DNA of 42,005 bases, filler included, from an uncultured virus (IMG/VR IMGVR_UViG_2061766007_001905) (lineage: Duplodnaviria > Heunggongvirae > Uroviricota > Caudoviricetes). It is 15 parts of one record of this genome, joined end to end, with 100 filler letters (N's around TTAATTAATTAA, not from the genome) between each part and the next. Parts side by side here need not be neighbours in the genome. Positions count along the whole stretch, not along the records: positions 1 to 1,271 come from IMGVR_UViG_2061766007_001905; positions 1,372 to 4,379 come from IMGVR_UViG_2061766007_001905; positions 4,480 to 6,308 come from IMGVR_UViG_2061766007_001905; positions 6,409 to 10,457 come from IMGVR_UViG_2061766007_001905; positions 10,558 to 15,603 come from IMGVR_UViG_2061766007_001905; 10 more parts are not named here. One strand, written 5' to 3'. The position numbers and the translations under genes are program-made. Numbering within the stretch: the first letter of the stretch is position 1; each line of letters begins with the position of its first letter. Shown here in pieces: positions 1-11,300 of the stretch. The notes below the pieces were generated by a model. It did not search any database. It worked only from the letters and a program-made list of their open reading frames with translations, and was not told the origin of the DNA.

Positions 1-386
1 GATTGAAGGCTCTTTCTTGACGACCTTTTCTTTGTTTTCAAGCTGTTGTATAATTGCCTTCAGTGAGTCAATTGATGAGCGATATCTATCAGTAGAATCA
101 CGCTCCACGATGCGATTGTAATAATAGTTGTTCACTTCGTGTTTTGCCGTATCGCCGTTTTCCTTCAATGTGATTATCTCATTGTGGTATTCGCGCACTG
201 TATCGTGTATATGTTTGTAGATGTATTCCTTCAAGGTATCGCCATGGTGAACGTTCACGGTGTCGTGAATCTCAATGAGTTCACTATCCTTTATTGTCTT
301 GCATCCNNNNNNNNNNNNNNNNCAGGCAGGCATCCCATCCTCTTGCACATTATCTCCAGAAACATCTTTTCCTTGTAATCTTCCAT
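1..386 (-). CDS. Lipoprotein, putative spanin (runs off window edge; not in ORF track)
   Basis: Manual translation MEDYKEKMFLEIMCKRMGCLP..gap..GCKTIKDSELIEIHDTVNVHHGDTLKEYIYKHIHDTVREY...; lipobox-like GC followed by HDTV/GDT repeats; directly downstream of the endolysin. Confidence 0.6.
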
Positions 387-416
387 AAAATAAAACATGA
401 AATATGACAAACATAC

Positions 417-803
417 CTATCTTAATGCCTTTTTAGCATAACNNNNNNNNNNNNNNNNNNNNNNNNNNNNNNNNNNNNNNNNNNNNNNNNNNNNNNNNNN
501 NNNNNNNNNNNNNNNNNNNNNNNNNNNNNNNNNNNNNNNNNNNNNNNNNNNNNNNNNNNNNNNNNNNNNNNNNNNNNNNNNNNNNNNNNNNNNNNNNNNN
601 NNNNNNNNNNNNTTTCGACCTTCGTATGCCTTTCCGCTTGCCACTTCCTCCGAATATTCGAGATTTCCGCTTTCCCACGCTACTTGAGCCAGGAAATGGG
701 CAACACGCATAGGAGTGNNNNNNNNNNNNNNNNNNNNNNNNNNNNNNNNNNNNNNNNNNNNNNNNNNNNNNNNNNNNNNNAGTTGCGTTAATGTTATTTC
801 CAT
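417..803 (-). CDS. Glycoside hydrolase family 19 endolysin (gapped)
   Basis: TPMRVAHFLAQVAWESGNLEYSEEVASGKAYEGR matches the GH19 phage lysozyme motif AxFLAQxxxES..Y.EE..YEGR. Confidence 0.9.
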   Translation of the reverse strand: MEITLTQXXXXXXXXXXXXXXXXXXXXXXTPMRVAHFLAQVAWESGNLEYSEEVASGKAYEGRXXXXXXXXXXXXXXXXXXXXXXXXXXXXXXXXXXXXXXXXXXXXXXXXXXXXXXXXXXYAKKALR

Positions 804-811
804 AATAATCT

Positions 812-964
812 TTATTTACAATACCAACCATGTAAGCACCCCTTACACCTATTGCAATGTCGGTGCTTGCTTTTTAATTCACAATCCTTTTTCTTTGCGG
901 AATAATACTCGCAAGAAGTATTAGCCTTATATTGCTCATGTGTATAGTTGAAATGCGCTATCAT
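812..964 (-). CDS. 50-aa Cys-rich small protein (not in ORF track)
   Basis: MIAHFNYTHEQYKANTSCEYYSAKKKDCELKSKHRHCNRCKGCLHGWYCK*; ATG overlaps the holin stop (ATGA) and the ORF fills the holin-endolysin interval. Confidence 0.65.
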   Translation of the reverse strand: MIAHFNYTHEQYKANTSCEYYSAKKKDCELKSKHRHCNRCKGCLHGWYCK

Positions 965-1271
965 AGTGCATCATTCTCTATCGGTTCCACTTCACTTTGC
1001 CTTACAGTTTCCGCTTTTGCGCTCTCACTCGCATTCCGTTCTTCCTTTATCCTATCGAATATTTCTGCAAGTTTATCTGGGTCGTTGATGCCGTATGTGT
1101 TAGATATTGCCTTCATTATCTCAATCGGATCATGGAAGTCCTTGTTGACAACTTGAAGATTCTCATGTACGCTCCAAGCCTCTATTGCAACTTCAGATAT
1201 TGAGCAAAAGACACAAAGCAACGGGAACGGCAAAAGAAATGACAAACAACTGTCAATCATGGCAAACATCA
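961..1271 (-). CDS. Holin (phage holin family 4-like), N-terminus missing
   Basis: Hydrophobic segments then IEAWSVHEN, like the E..S..EN motif of holin 4_1; upstream of the endolysin. Confidence 0.7.
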
Positions 1272-1371
1272 NNNNNNNNNNNNNNNNNNNNNNNNNNNNN
1301 NNNNNNNNNNNNNNNTTAATTAATTAANNNNNNNNNNNNNNNNNNNNNNNNNNNNNNNNNNNNNNNNNNNN

Positions 1372-4300
1372 CGGCCAATACCATCGTTTGAAGACTGGTA
1401 TGCTGCATAACATGTTGCGTAGGTAGTATCTCCGGCATAGGCTGATGCAACTATATCGCAATACCTGCCAAAGCGTACCCTCGCGACATTGGTTGCTTGG
1501 TTCGTGGTTGCTACCTTGACACGCCGTTCGTTGCCGTCCTGTTGCAAGATGTTGTAATAATAGTCCGTAACCCAGGATGATACGGTGCTTGAACGGCGAC
1601 TTTTCTTGAAGGCAACGAAAGACTCGGCATTTAAACACCCCTTGTCAGTCCATTCTGTCGTTGCTGCAGTCCAACACTCAAGACCCCACATCTTGTTATA
1701 TTGGTTCTGCGCGATGTAAGACGTATCTCCGAAACCTATTGAATTTCTGACACCTGTTGTCTCACCAGCATTTCCACCACGTCCACAAAGGGTCTCAACG
1801 TCTCTTGTGCCGAACCATACCATCAACAGGTTTGCCATGTCCTTTGATGTCTCGTAAGGAACGGTAGAGTACTCTCCATTGACTACGCCCGTTTGGAATG
1901 TACGNNNNNNNNNNNNNNNNNNNNNNNNNNTTTGCTTGCAGGCAGGTTCCTTGCGTTTCCGTCTACGTCGTACTGCCAGCTGGTATTGGTCGTATTAGCA
2001 TTAGTTGTACCACGCGAAACAACCTTGCTGCTGATTGAGCGCAGTCCGCTCGTCGCCGTACCGCCCGTTGTAACTCCTGTAGCGAAACCCTGATAAACTC
2101 CGATGAGCTCTGCCTTGTGTTCAACCCAATCTGGCTCGATGGCTTCTACTTCGTCAGAGTCCGTGACAATCACTTCGACACCAGACTTTGATGCTGACGT
2201 GTTCCTGCAACAGAAATAGAGATACTTTGCACCGTCTGGAACGGATCTGAAGTCGTAGTCACCTTCATCGTTCATGAAGTCTGCAGGATTCCCGTTACTG
2301 CTCGCCATCTGCAATCTGCCGAAGGATATGGTGTTGCCTAACTCATCCGTGAATGCATGGGAGTATGAACTGTGGTTGATGCCTGGGAAACGTACTTGTC
2401 TCATGCCTTCAACCAGCACCCTGTACACCGAGATACTATTGTCGGTAACTATGAAATCGTCTATCGTTCCCTCACTTGAATCTCCCCACGTTATCGCTTT
2501 CCCGGCCCTGTATAGTGTATCGCCGATTTGGTGTCTTACCGTAGTTCCGCTCTGTGAGGGGCAGGTNNNNNNNNNNNNNNNNNNNNNNNNNNNNNNNNNN
2601 NNNNNNNNNNNNNTCGGCAAGTAAAGGAATATGTCATATCCCTCACCGTCTTGGTCATGCAGCGATATTGTTCCACCTTGTGCCGTATTTACAACACCTG
2701 CGGTTGCGTTTGGCCATCCCGTCTTCGCAAGTTTCGTGACGTTCATCTTGTGAGTTTGTGGATTAACCTTTCCTGCGCAGACCTGACACTTGTCGCGCAG
2801 CAGCTTAATGTGTCCGCTCGGTTCATAGTTTCCGATGTAAAACTCTTTTGTACCTTGCCCGTAAGATTGTGATGTCCTGTAGTCACGTCCTGTCTTGTTG
2901 TCCTCGTTGGTGATGTTCGCAGGGTCTGTTGTCGAGTCGTCGAATATGTAGTGGGAGAACTGGGAAGCTTCCAATTCGAGACCGCACTGCGTGAAGAAAC
3001 TTTTCATCGACTCAAAGTCATCCACAACGTCTATGAGCTGTACTTTACCGATAAGGGCCGGGTATGTACGTTCTGTACCATCATCATTGAGACCCATGAA
3101 ACCATTCATGAACGGTCGCAGCATGGTAGACATGACACGGCCGGACATTCCCTCTATGCGAACTTTGTTTACGTTCGGACACATCTGCATGAGATTTTGC
3201 CATGACAGGTAAGGACATTCTGCAAAGTTCAATGCTGTGATGTTTGATGTTCCTTGCAACGTCAAGCCGCTGTGATGCAACTTCGGCAAATAACGCAACG
3301 TGAGAGTTTGCAGTGTTGGCGGCATGACCAAAGTCTCAAGTGGAGAACCTTCAGGCAGAAGGATTCTCGTCAAACTTGTGCCACCAGCAAGGAACGTATT
3401 GAGACGCGTATGTTTTGAAATGTCGAATACGCCAGAAGTTCCAGTGTGTACTGCGGTCTGCCCCGTTATGTCAACCACTTCGAGTTTCGACGTGTTTCCA
3501 AGGGTTATCGGCGCATTTGACACGCCTACCGTCGCTGGCATGATAAGTTTAGACAGCATCGTGCAAAGGGAAAGCCCTACCGTACCATNNNNNNNNNNNT
3601 TGATACACGACGCACCGCCAAGCATCAGTGGGTCATTTGTTGCCAAAGTACCCGTGAAGTTGAGTTGTAAACTTTCACCAGCCGCCGCCCTTGACGGTCC
3701 TTGCAGCCATAAACCGTTTAGCTTGTAACCGAAATAATAGAGGTCACCGCTCTTCAACGTAAGACTTGACGGAGTGTCACCTGAATTTCGGACAACCGTG
3801 AATGTTATAACGTCTCCATTGTAGTTTCCTGCACTGTAGCGAGCGTCAAGAAGCCTTGCACGGTCAGTAATGAATTGGGTTCTGTGCAATTCCCTGTTTC
3901 CAGTGAGTGTATAGACGTAGTTCAAATCGTCAATGGTGTCGATGTACTTCAGCTTTCCAGACTTGTTGTNNNNNNNNNNNNNNNNNNNNNNNNNNNNNNN
4001 NNNNNNNNNNNNNNNNNNNNNNNNNNNNNNNNNNNNNNNNNNNCCTTCAATTCATCTTCAAAGTTGGCAAGAACAAGACACCACAGCCAACTGCTGTGAC
4101 CCTCGAATGCGTACTTCGCACGTTCGGAGTCATACGTATCACGGGTTACATTGTAAAGATAGACAAGGAACGCATCGTTACGGANNNNNNNNNNNNNNNN
4201 NNNNNNNNNNNNNNNNNNNCCATCCCAAGTACGCCAAAGAATATTTTTAGCCCTCTGGTCAACACTCGCCCAATAGTCGGTGAAGAGGTAGTATGTCAGC

Positions 4301-7300
4301 AGGTGGTTAATGTCAAAGTATTGGGAAGCCTCCGTCTTGAACTTATCCGACACCCACTTTGCCTTGCTTGCTTCGCTCCNNNNNNNNNNNNNNNNNNNNN
4401 NNNNNNNNNNNNNNNNNNNNNNNTTAATTAATTAANNNNNNNNNNNNNNNNNNNNNNNNNNNNNNNNNNNNNNNNNNNNCAATGACCCAATTGCTTAAAG
4501 CCTCGTCAGACGTTAGCGGAGTTCGATAATAACGTAAGCCACGTATTCTTACGTCTGCCTTGTCAGAGTCGATGGTAATTGAGGCTGGACTGTTCTGTCG
4601 CAACGACGTGATGTATGTATTTGCACGGCTTAGCACTCCATTGATGAAGAGCATAGCCAAGCCACGACCATTACGAACTGGCTGAACAATGAAGGCAAGA
4701 TGAATCCACTTGTCAATTGCAATGTTCATTGATACACCATGAGGACGCGTGACTTTCAACGGAACCTTATTCGATTCGTCAACGATATTGCCTTCATAGT
4801 CTATGTAGTTACCGTCAGCATCAATAAGGTCTTCTGCCGTCGTAATCTCTTCAACGCCTCCGAAATACAGACCCGCTTCCTCTGTCGTTATCTTTATACC
4901 CATTGGGTAGCCATTTCCTTCGTTGTCGCAAAGGCAATGGAGAATCGTTGCGCCACGCTCGATGACCTGGCTGACCATCATTTCCATTTCCAAAGTCATT
5001 CCTTGTTTCTGGATGGAGTAGTCGTTGGTCCCGTCAAGCACNNNNNNNNNNNNNNNNNNNNNNNNNNNNNNNNNNNNNNNNNNNNNNNNNNNNNNNCACC
5101 CGTTCGTTCTCCAGTCAACACCGATGAAGGAAGTAATTCCACCCCAATCTGCCGGGTTGGCTTCACCGTTTGAGCGACCTGTTGCAGTCAACTTAGTCAT
5201 ATAACCAATAGTCTCTTCCTCAGTGACGCCACTCGCTTGGTTGACCGTTACATTGAATGTACGAACGGAANNNNNNNNNNNNNNNNNNNNNNNNNNNNNN
5301 NNNNNNNNNNNNNNNNNNNNNNNNNNNNNNNNNNNNNNNNNNNNNNNNNNNNNNNNCAATGTCTGTGTAACGATTCCGTCAACGGCTATTTCAATCGTGC
5401 TGTTTAGAGTATCGCTATTCCATGCGGCAAGGTCAAATTCAAGTTCCTCGAATTGGTTCACGGCAACGGAAAGTGGCGTTGCCCCATAAGCAAATGGCAA
5501 TGGCATACTCGACAACTGAGCAACATCCGTGTGCAGTCGCAAGCCAACATAAGGCGTAATGCCTCCAGCCTTCAAAACGTCAACGCTGACCGCATTGCTC
5601 AACAAGCCAGCACTTTCCGCAATCAACTGCACGTTGTGTCTTCCGGCAGACAGATTTTCTGCTGTCAGATAGACATAGTTTCGACCCGTACCTGATATTG
5701 TATCGGTTGCATGTAATTGACCATCCAACCATACACGCAAAGTCGTACCAGTAGGAACGGTATAGGTATAGGGTATGGCAATCTGACCGTTTGAATTGGT
5801 ATATCCGTTACTCAACGCCAACTGACTTGCAGGGTCGAAAGTCGTAGCCAAATCCATTGTGATAACGACAACACTCTTCGAACCGCGACTGGTCTTCACC
5901 TCTTCGTCAATAGGTGTTGTTGCCACGACGCTAATGTTGACAGTTCCCGCCTGGTTGATGATTTCAGGACTAAGCGNNNNNNNNNNNNNNNNNNNNNNNN
6001 NNNNNNNNNNNNNNNNNNNNNNNNNNNNATATACGGTTGTCGTGCCAACCTTCACAGTTACGGCTACTGTCTGTGCAGGAAAGTTCACTCTCTCACTTGC
6101 GCCCTCAAACTTACGCAAGCAGTCGTAACCCCATCTAATACTGATGCTGTCACCAAGTTTTATTCTTGATGCAGTCAATAGTTCCGTTGTGATAACAGGC
6201 TGTATGATTTCTCCAACTTCCTGCGCTGCCGGAATCATTACGGTCAAGTCGTCCAGCATGTCACCTTGCGCATTAAAGAAGTTTAGTTCTATCATGGTGC
6301 CGTCCTGGNNNNNNNNNNNNNNNNNNNNNNNNNNNNNNNNNNNNNNNNNNNNTTAATTAATTAANNNNNNNNNNNNNNNNNNNNNNNNNNNNNNNNNNNN
6401 NNNNNNNNGCGAGTCAAGCTCCTCTTTCAGTTGGAAATACCGTGACACCTCGCCTGCGAACACGGTACGCAACAATGCCTTCTCCTTCGGGGAAAGAACG
6501 CCGTCAACGCCAGCATCGGCTACGAGCTTAGAGATGTACGAATCAATGGCACGTTTCAGTTCCTCAAGCGCCTCATTCATGTCCTTAATGAGTTGGCTGT
6601 ACACTGGTGCAAGCGTGTTACCATTGCATCGTGGCGTAAAGTCCGATGCATCCGAACCGTCAGCATAATCGTTCCATGCCGCTATCAAGGAAGGGTTCTG
6701 AAGGTTTACGCTGACTGACAATTGCGCTTCCGAAACCCATGCAGGATAACTATTCTCGTTGTATGATGAAAATGGCTCGGAACCATTCAGGAACAAGAAT
6801 AAGTCATAGAAAACGAGATTCGCCTTGTCAAACGCGCCAAAATAGGTATAACCATCACGGTACTCGCTGTCGTCATTGTAAATTCCGTAATCTTTCGCTT
6901 GTGAATTTAATGACCAATACCTATCTGATAATTCCTCAAACAATATTCTCAACCGTCTCTTTTCCGCACCGCCCGTTATAATATTGTCGGATGCCACATT
7001 GCTAATCATCTCGAGCGCGGTAACGGTGTCCACGTCACGTATCATGACCCATTGCCAAGAACCGTTCGCGTGCGTCCACTTCCACATCCTTCCACCCGTA
7101 GATGCGGGCTCGAGGGACGTGTCAAAGTACAGGGTCTTCGTGTGCTTGTCGTATTCCGACGAATCCCATGAACTCTCCGGCTGCGTCACGGACGGGCTGC
7201 CCTGCCCGTAGNNNNNNNNNNCATGCTCCTGTAATTTCGCCTTCAGAAACGTTTCGACGCGTTCCTTTTTCATGCCCCATTCAGTCCCGTCGGGATTTGT

Positions 7301-7360
7301 GCCACCCCAGTCCTGGTTAAGGTTGGTGATTTCCTCGTCTCTTACTGTTCTCTTTGCCAT
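1372..7360 (-). CDS. Giant tail fibre/adhesin (about 2000 aa span, split by gaps and two linkers): helical repeats, LamG-like, CotH-kinase-like, LRR and C-terminal C-type-lectin-like domains
   Basis: Starts MAKRTVRDEEITNLNQDWGG; LamG-like KWIHLAFIV..MLFINGVL..RIRGLRYYRTPLT (about 4480-5040); YYLFTDYWASVDQRAKN (4240-4295); LRR-like LETLVMPPTLQTLTLRYLPKL; GLECWTAATTEWTD near the end. The frame reads through 1838-1904 as RTFQTGVVNGEYSTVPYETSKDMAN. Continuity across the linkers is inferred. Confidence 0.75.
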
Positions 7361-7372
7361 ATTTTTTGTTTT

Positions 7373-7461
7373 TTACCACGGTTCGTTNNNNNNNNNNNNN
7401 NNNNNNNNNNNNNNNNNNNNNNNNNCATTGCCATCATCAAACGCCTCCTGAACCCGCTCAT
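7373..7461 (-). CDS. Small tail-associated protein (gapped)
   Basis: MSGFRRRLMMAM..gap..NEPW*; start overlaps the upstream stop; FRRRLMM starts are typical of Bacteroidales phage tail-region proteins. Confidence 0.5.
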
Positions 7462-8023
7462 TGCCGTGCGGCCTCCCATTCCGCGTATAATGCAAGGTTG
7501 TCCTCAATGCTCACCTGATATGTGCGCCCCATCTCCCAAGTTGGCTCTTCCGCCCACCTGACCTGCGACGGGAGGATAAGGTCGAAATCCTCACTTGACA
7601 CGGTAAACTGCATCATGTATTCATTCACCCTTCCCGCTTCGCCGTCCTGAAAGGCTATCGTAAGGCCTGATACCGCCCCCCATACGTTCAGCACGTTCGG
7701 GTAGATGGAGATGAACGTTTCCGTCTGGCTTATCTTCCTCGTCCTGTCAACGAGCTTGGATATCGTCTCGCTAAGGCGATACGCAAAGTCGGAGGATATG
7801 GCGTTTTCAGAGTTCTCCGATGGAAGGACGTCAACGGGCGTCCTGAACTGGTGCGCAGGCTTGGCGAACCAATACGTCTCACCACCTTTCTTGAACATCA
7901 CCATGTCCTCTGAGGCTATACCGTCTGCGCTCGCATCAACGTTTCCGATTCCGCTTATTGTCCTCAGCCCCTTCACGAAAGCGACGAGGACGTTCCACTC
8001 CTCAGCCGTGAGCCTTCCCGTGG
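7458..8023 (-). CDS. Tail-associated protein (start in gap)
   Basis: TGRLTAEEWNVLVAFVKGL...IYPNVLNVWGAVSGLTIAF...VNEYMMQF...LPSQVRWAEEPTWEMGRTYQVSIEDNLA; located in the tail module. Confidence 0.65.
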
Positions 8024-8078
8024 NNNNNNNNNNNNNNNNNNNNNNNNNNNNNNNNNNNNNNNNNNNNNTTCCTTTCTT

Positions 8079-8348
8079 TTATAAGTTAAACGGGAAACAC
8101 AAGGGGAACGCCTTTGCATCCGCTTGCGCTGGCGGTTCCATTCCAATGTCGAAGTTCCCGAAGGTATAGANNNNNNNNNNCTTCACCCTCGCTATCGTAT
8201 GCACGATACGCTCGAGTTCATTGAAGTTGCTGGAAACGGTCTGGCTGACGGGAAGCGTGGTGGTCGTGTGAATGACACGCATCACCGTTAGGTTCCCGTT
8301 CTCCTCCTTCTTGTTTATGGTATATCCTATGTCACCTCCGTATTCCAT
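8079..8348 (-). CDS. Tail-associated protein (internal gap)
   Basis: Ends AFPLCFPFNL, an FPxxFPxxL terminus common in tail-tip proteins. Confidence 0.5.
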   Translation of the reverse strand: MEYGGDIGYTINKKEENGNLTVMRVIHTTTTLPVSQTVSSNFNELERIVHTIARVKXXXXYTFGNFDIGMEPPAQADAKAFPLCFPFNL

Positions 8349-8354
8349 TGTCCT

Positions 8355-11300
8355 TTACCTCTCGATTGCTATCATCAATGGCGCGACGCCGTTGCTCTTA
8401 CTTTGAATCTTGTTTATTACAGGANNNNNNNNNNNNNNNNNNNNNNNNNNNNNNNNNNNNNNNNNNNNNNNNNNNNNNNNNNNNNNNNNNNNNNNNNNNN
8501 NNNNNNNNNNNNNNNNNNNNNNNNNNNNNNNNNNNNNNNNNNNNNCATGAGGACATTCTGCGTATTGCCTTCCTTGTCAATGGTCACAATCTGCGACCTC
8601 AACTGAAGGGACTGTCCTGGCAACACGGCAATGAACCTCGCAAGGTATCCGCCACAGGAGAAAAGCCCAGCGTTCCATTTCCATTCCTCGTCCGTTGCGT
8701 TTTTTGGTGACAGCTGATTTACTCCTTCCTCAGCCCATGCATTCTCATAAGAGATGATTCGCGGGTCTGCACATACTATCACTGCATTGCCAAGGAGGCT
8801 CCTCAGATAACCGTCGAGCGTTTCGGATTGTGAATAACCCATGAGTCCTTGCCAATTGATGACGAACGGGTCTGCCTCGTTCACTATCGTGAGGCGCGTT
8901 CCGTTCCGTGCGTATGTCATTATGCGCTTCAACGAGTCATGTACGCTGTTGTCATTGAAGAGGAGGAACGTCTTTGTCTCCGCGTCAAAGGTGATATTAG
9001 TTTCCTCCGCCCAATTATTCAGTTCATTTCCGAAAAGGGCCGAGTCATAGAACGGCAGGGCTACGATAGGAGGAACAGCAGAAAAACCGTCGTTCAACGA
9101 CACGTTCCTTGCCTTAATCTGCACGGACTTGATGATGACGTTGTTGACGTCAGCGTCATCCATCACCTCACCCATGTTCACTATAATTGGATATCTCGTG
9201 TTCCAATCGACAATCGTCACGTTCTCCGTCGTGAGTCCTTGTATGTCAAGGTCACNNNNNNNNNNNNNNNNNNNNNNNNNNNNNNNNNNNNNNNNNNNNN
9301 NNNNGTTTCCGTTGATGCCGATACCGGCTCTCATTAACCCATTCTTCGTAACGGACAGCTCTATTTGGTCCTTGAGCAGGTTGATTGAACCCTGCCAGTC
9401 CTCCTCTGCCTTCCTNNNNNNNNNNNNNNNNNNNNNNNNNNNNNNNNNNNNNNNNNNNNNNNNNNNNNNNNNNNNNNNNNNNNNNNNNNNNNNNNNNNNN
9501 NNNNNNNNNNNNNNNNNNNNNNNNNNNNNNNNNNCGGTAAGCACAGTACTTACATCTCCCCTCCTTACCATGAGCTGCGGATACGTGCAGTTGTACCATT
9601 CCTCGAACTTGAAATAGAACGACAGGGTGTAAACCGTGTCCTGCTCGAGCGTGATGTTCGGCTGCTCTGGCAGCTTTATCACTATTCCGTCCCCGTAGTT
9701 CGNNNNNNNNNNNNNNNNNNNNNNNNNNNNNNNNNNNNNNNNNNNNNNNNNNNNNNNNNNNNNNNNNNNNNNNNNNNNNNNNNNNNNNNNNNNNNNNNNN
9801 NNNNNNNNNNNNNNNNGCAAAGTCGGAATTGAGGATAAGGTTCATCAATCCAACGGACATCCCGTTTACCTTCTGCATGATGGAGCCAATCTGCTGCACG
9901 ATGGAACTGCTGCCCTCCGAACCGAACACCGCCGTATAGATGTAGTCTGTCAGTGCAAACACGGCTTTCTGCGCCGCCNNNNNNNNNNNNNNNNNNNNNN
10001 NNNNNNNNNNNNNNNNNNNNNNNNNNNNNNNNNNNNNNNNNNNNNNNNNNNNNNNNNNNNNNGTCTTCCGATGTCTCTTCACCGCTCACGGGGTCTATCA
10101 ACGTCACGGGCTTGTACCAGTGGTCGCCCTCCTTCACGGCGTTTTCCTCGTCAAGCATCGGGTCGGTGGCCGTAGTGAACGTATGNNNNNNNNNNNNNNN
10201 NNNNNNNNNNNNNNNNNNNNNNNNNNNNNNNNNNNNNNNNNNNNNNNNNNNNNNNNNNNNNNNNNNNNNNNNNNNNNNNNNNNNNNNNNNNNNNNNNNNN
10301 NNNNNNNNNNNNNNNNNNNNNNNNNNNNNNNNNNNNNNNNNNGCTTTCCTCAACCGCCCATTCTTCTCCGCCATTCAGGTATGTTCCAAGGTTCTTGAGC
10401 TTTGTCCTTACGTCGTATAATGTAACCGTTACCCACCGTCCGTTGTCGCCAGAGCCANNNNNNNNNNNNNNNNNNNNNNNNNNNNNNNNNNNNNNNNNNN
10501 NTTAATTAATTAANNNNNNNNNNNNNNNNNNNNNNNNNNNNNNNNNNNNNNNNNNNNGTACCGCCGCCCGCGCTCCCCACATAGGTTATGAGGGTATCGA
10601 CCTTCTTCTCGTAGCTTTCCCTTCTACCTACAATCCTCTCGTTGCCGACGTCTATCCTGATGTTGTTCGGGTCGGTCAAGTGCGTGACAAGCTTCCTTAT
10701 CTTTGTTTCAAGGCGTTTGGAAGTGCCGCCGANNNNNNNNNNNNNNNNNNNNNNNNNNNNNNNNNNNNNNNNNNNNNNNNNNNNNNNNNNNNNNNNNNNN
10801 NNNNNNNNNNNNNNNNNNNNNNNNNNNNNNNNNNNNNNNNNNNNNNNNNNNNNNNNNNNNNNNNNNNNNNNNNNNNNNNNNNNNNNNNNNNNNNNNNNNN
10901 NNNNNNNNNNNNNNNNNNNNNNNNNNNNNNNNNNNNNNNNNNNNNNNNNNNNNNNNNNNNNNNNNNNNNNNNNNNNNNNNNNNNNNNNNNNNNNNNNNNN
11001 NNNNNNNNNNNNNNNNNNNNNNNNNNNNNNNNNNNNNNNNNNNNNNNNNNNNNNNNNNNNNNNNNNNNNNNNNNNNNNNNNNNNNNNNNNNNNNNNNNNT
11101 CCTCGAAGTCTATGCGGTACTCTCCTGCGGATACGTCGAACGGTGTGTTATTGACATTGTGCTCATTCTCCTGCGTATTCTCATAGAATGGAACGATGAC
11201 GAACGTCCTGCCCACCAACGGGCTTGAATAGTTCTCAGTGTCGTAATTTGGAAGGAATGAAACCTGCAAATCGGTGTCCTGTATCCGCATCTCGTCCGTG

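Noticed and set aside
832..875. Hairpin GTAAGCACC/GGTGCTTGC plus T-run as an antisense terminator in the lysis cassette
   Set aside because: Loop of about 21 nt, lies within the Cys-rich ORF, and no plus-strand transcription unit is evident.
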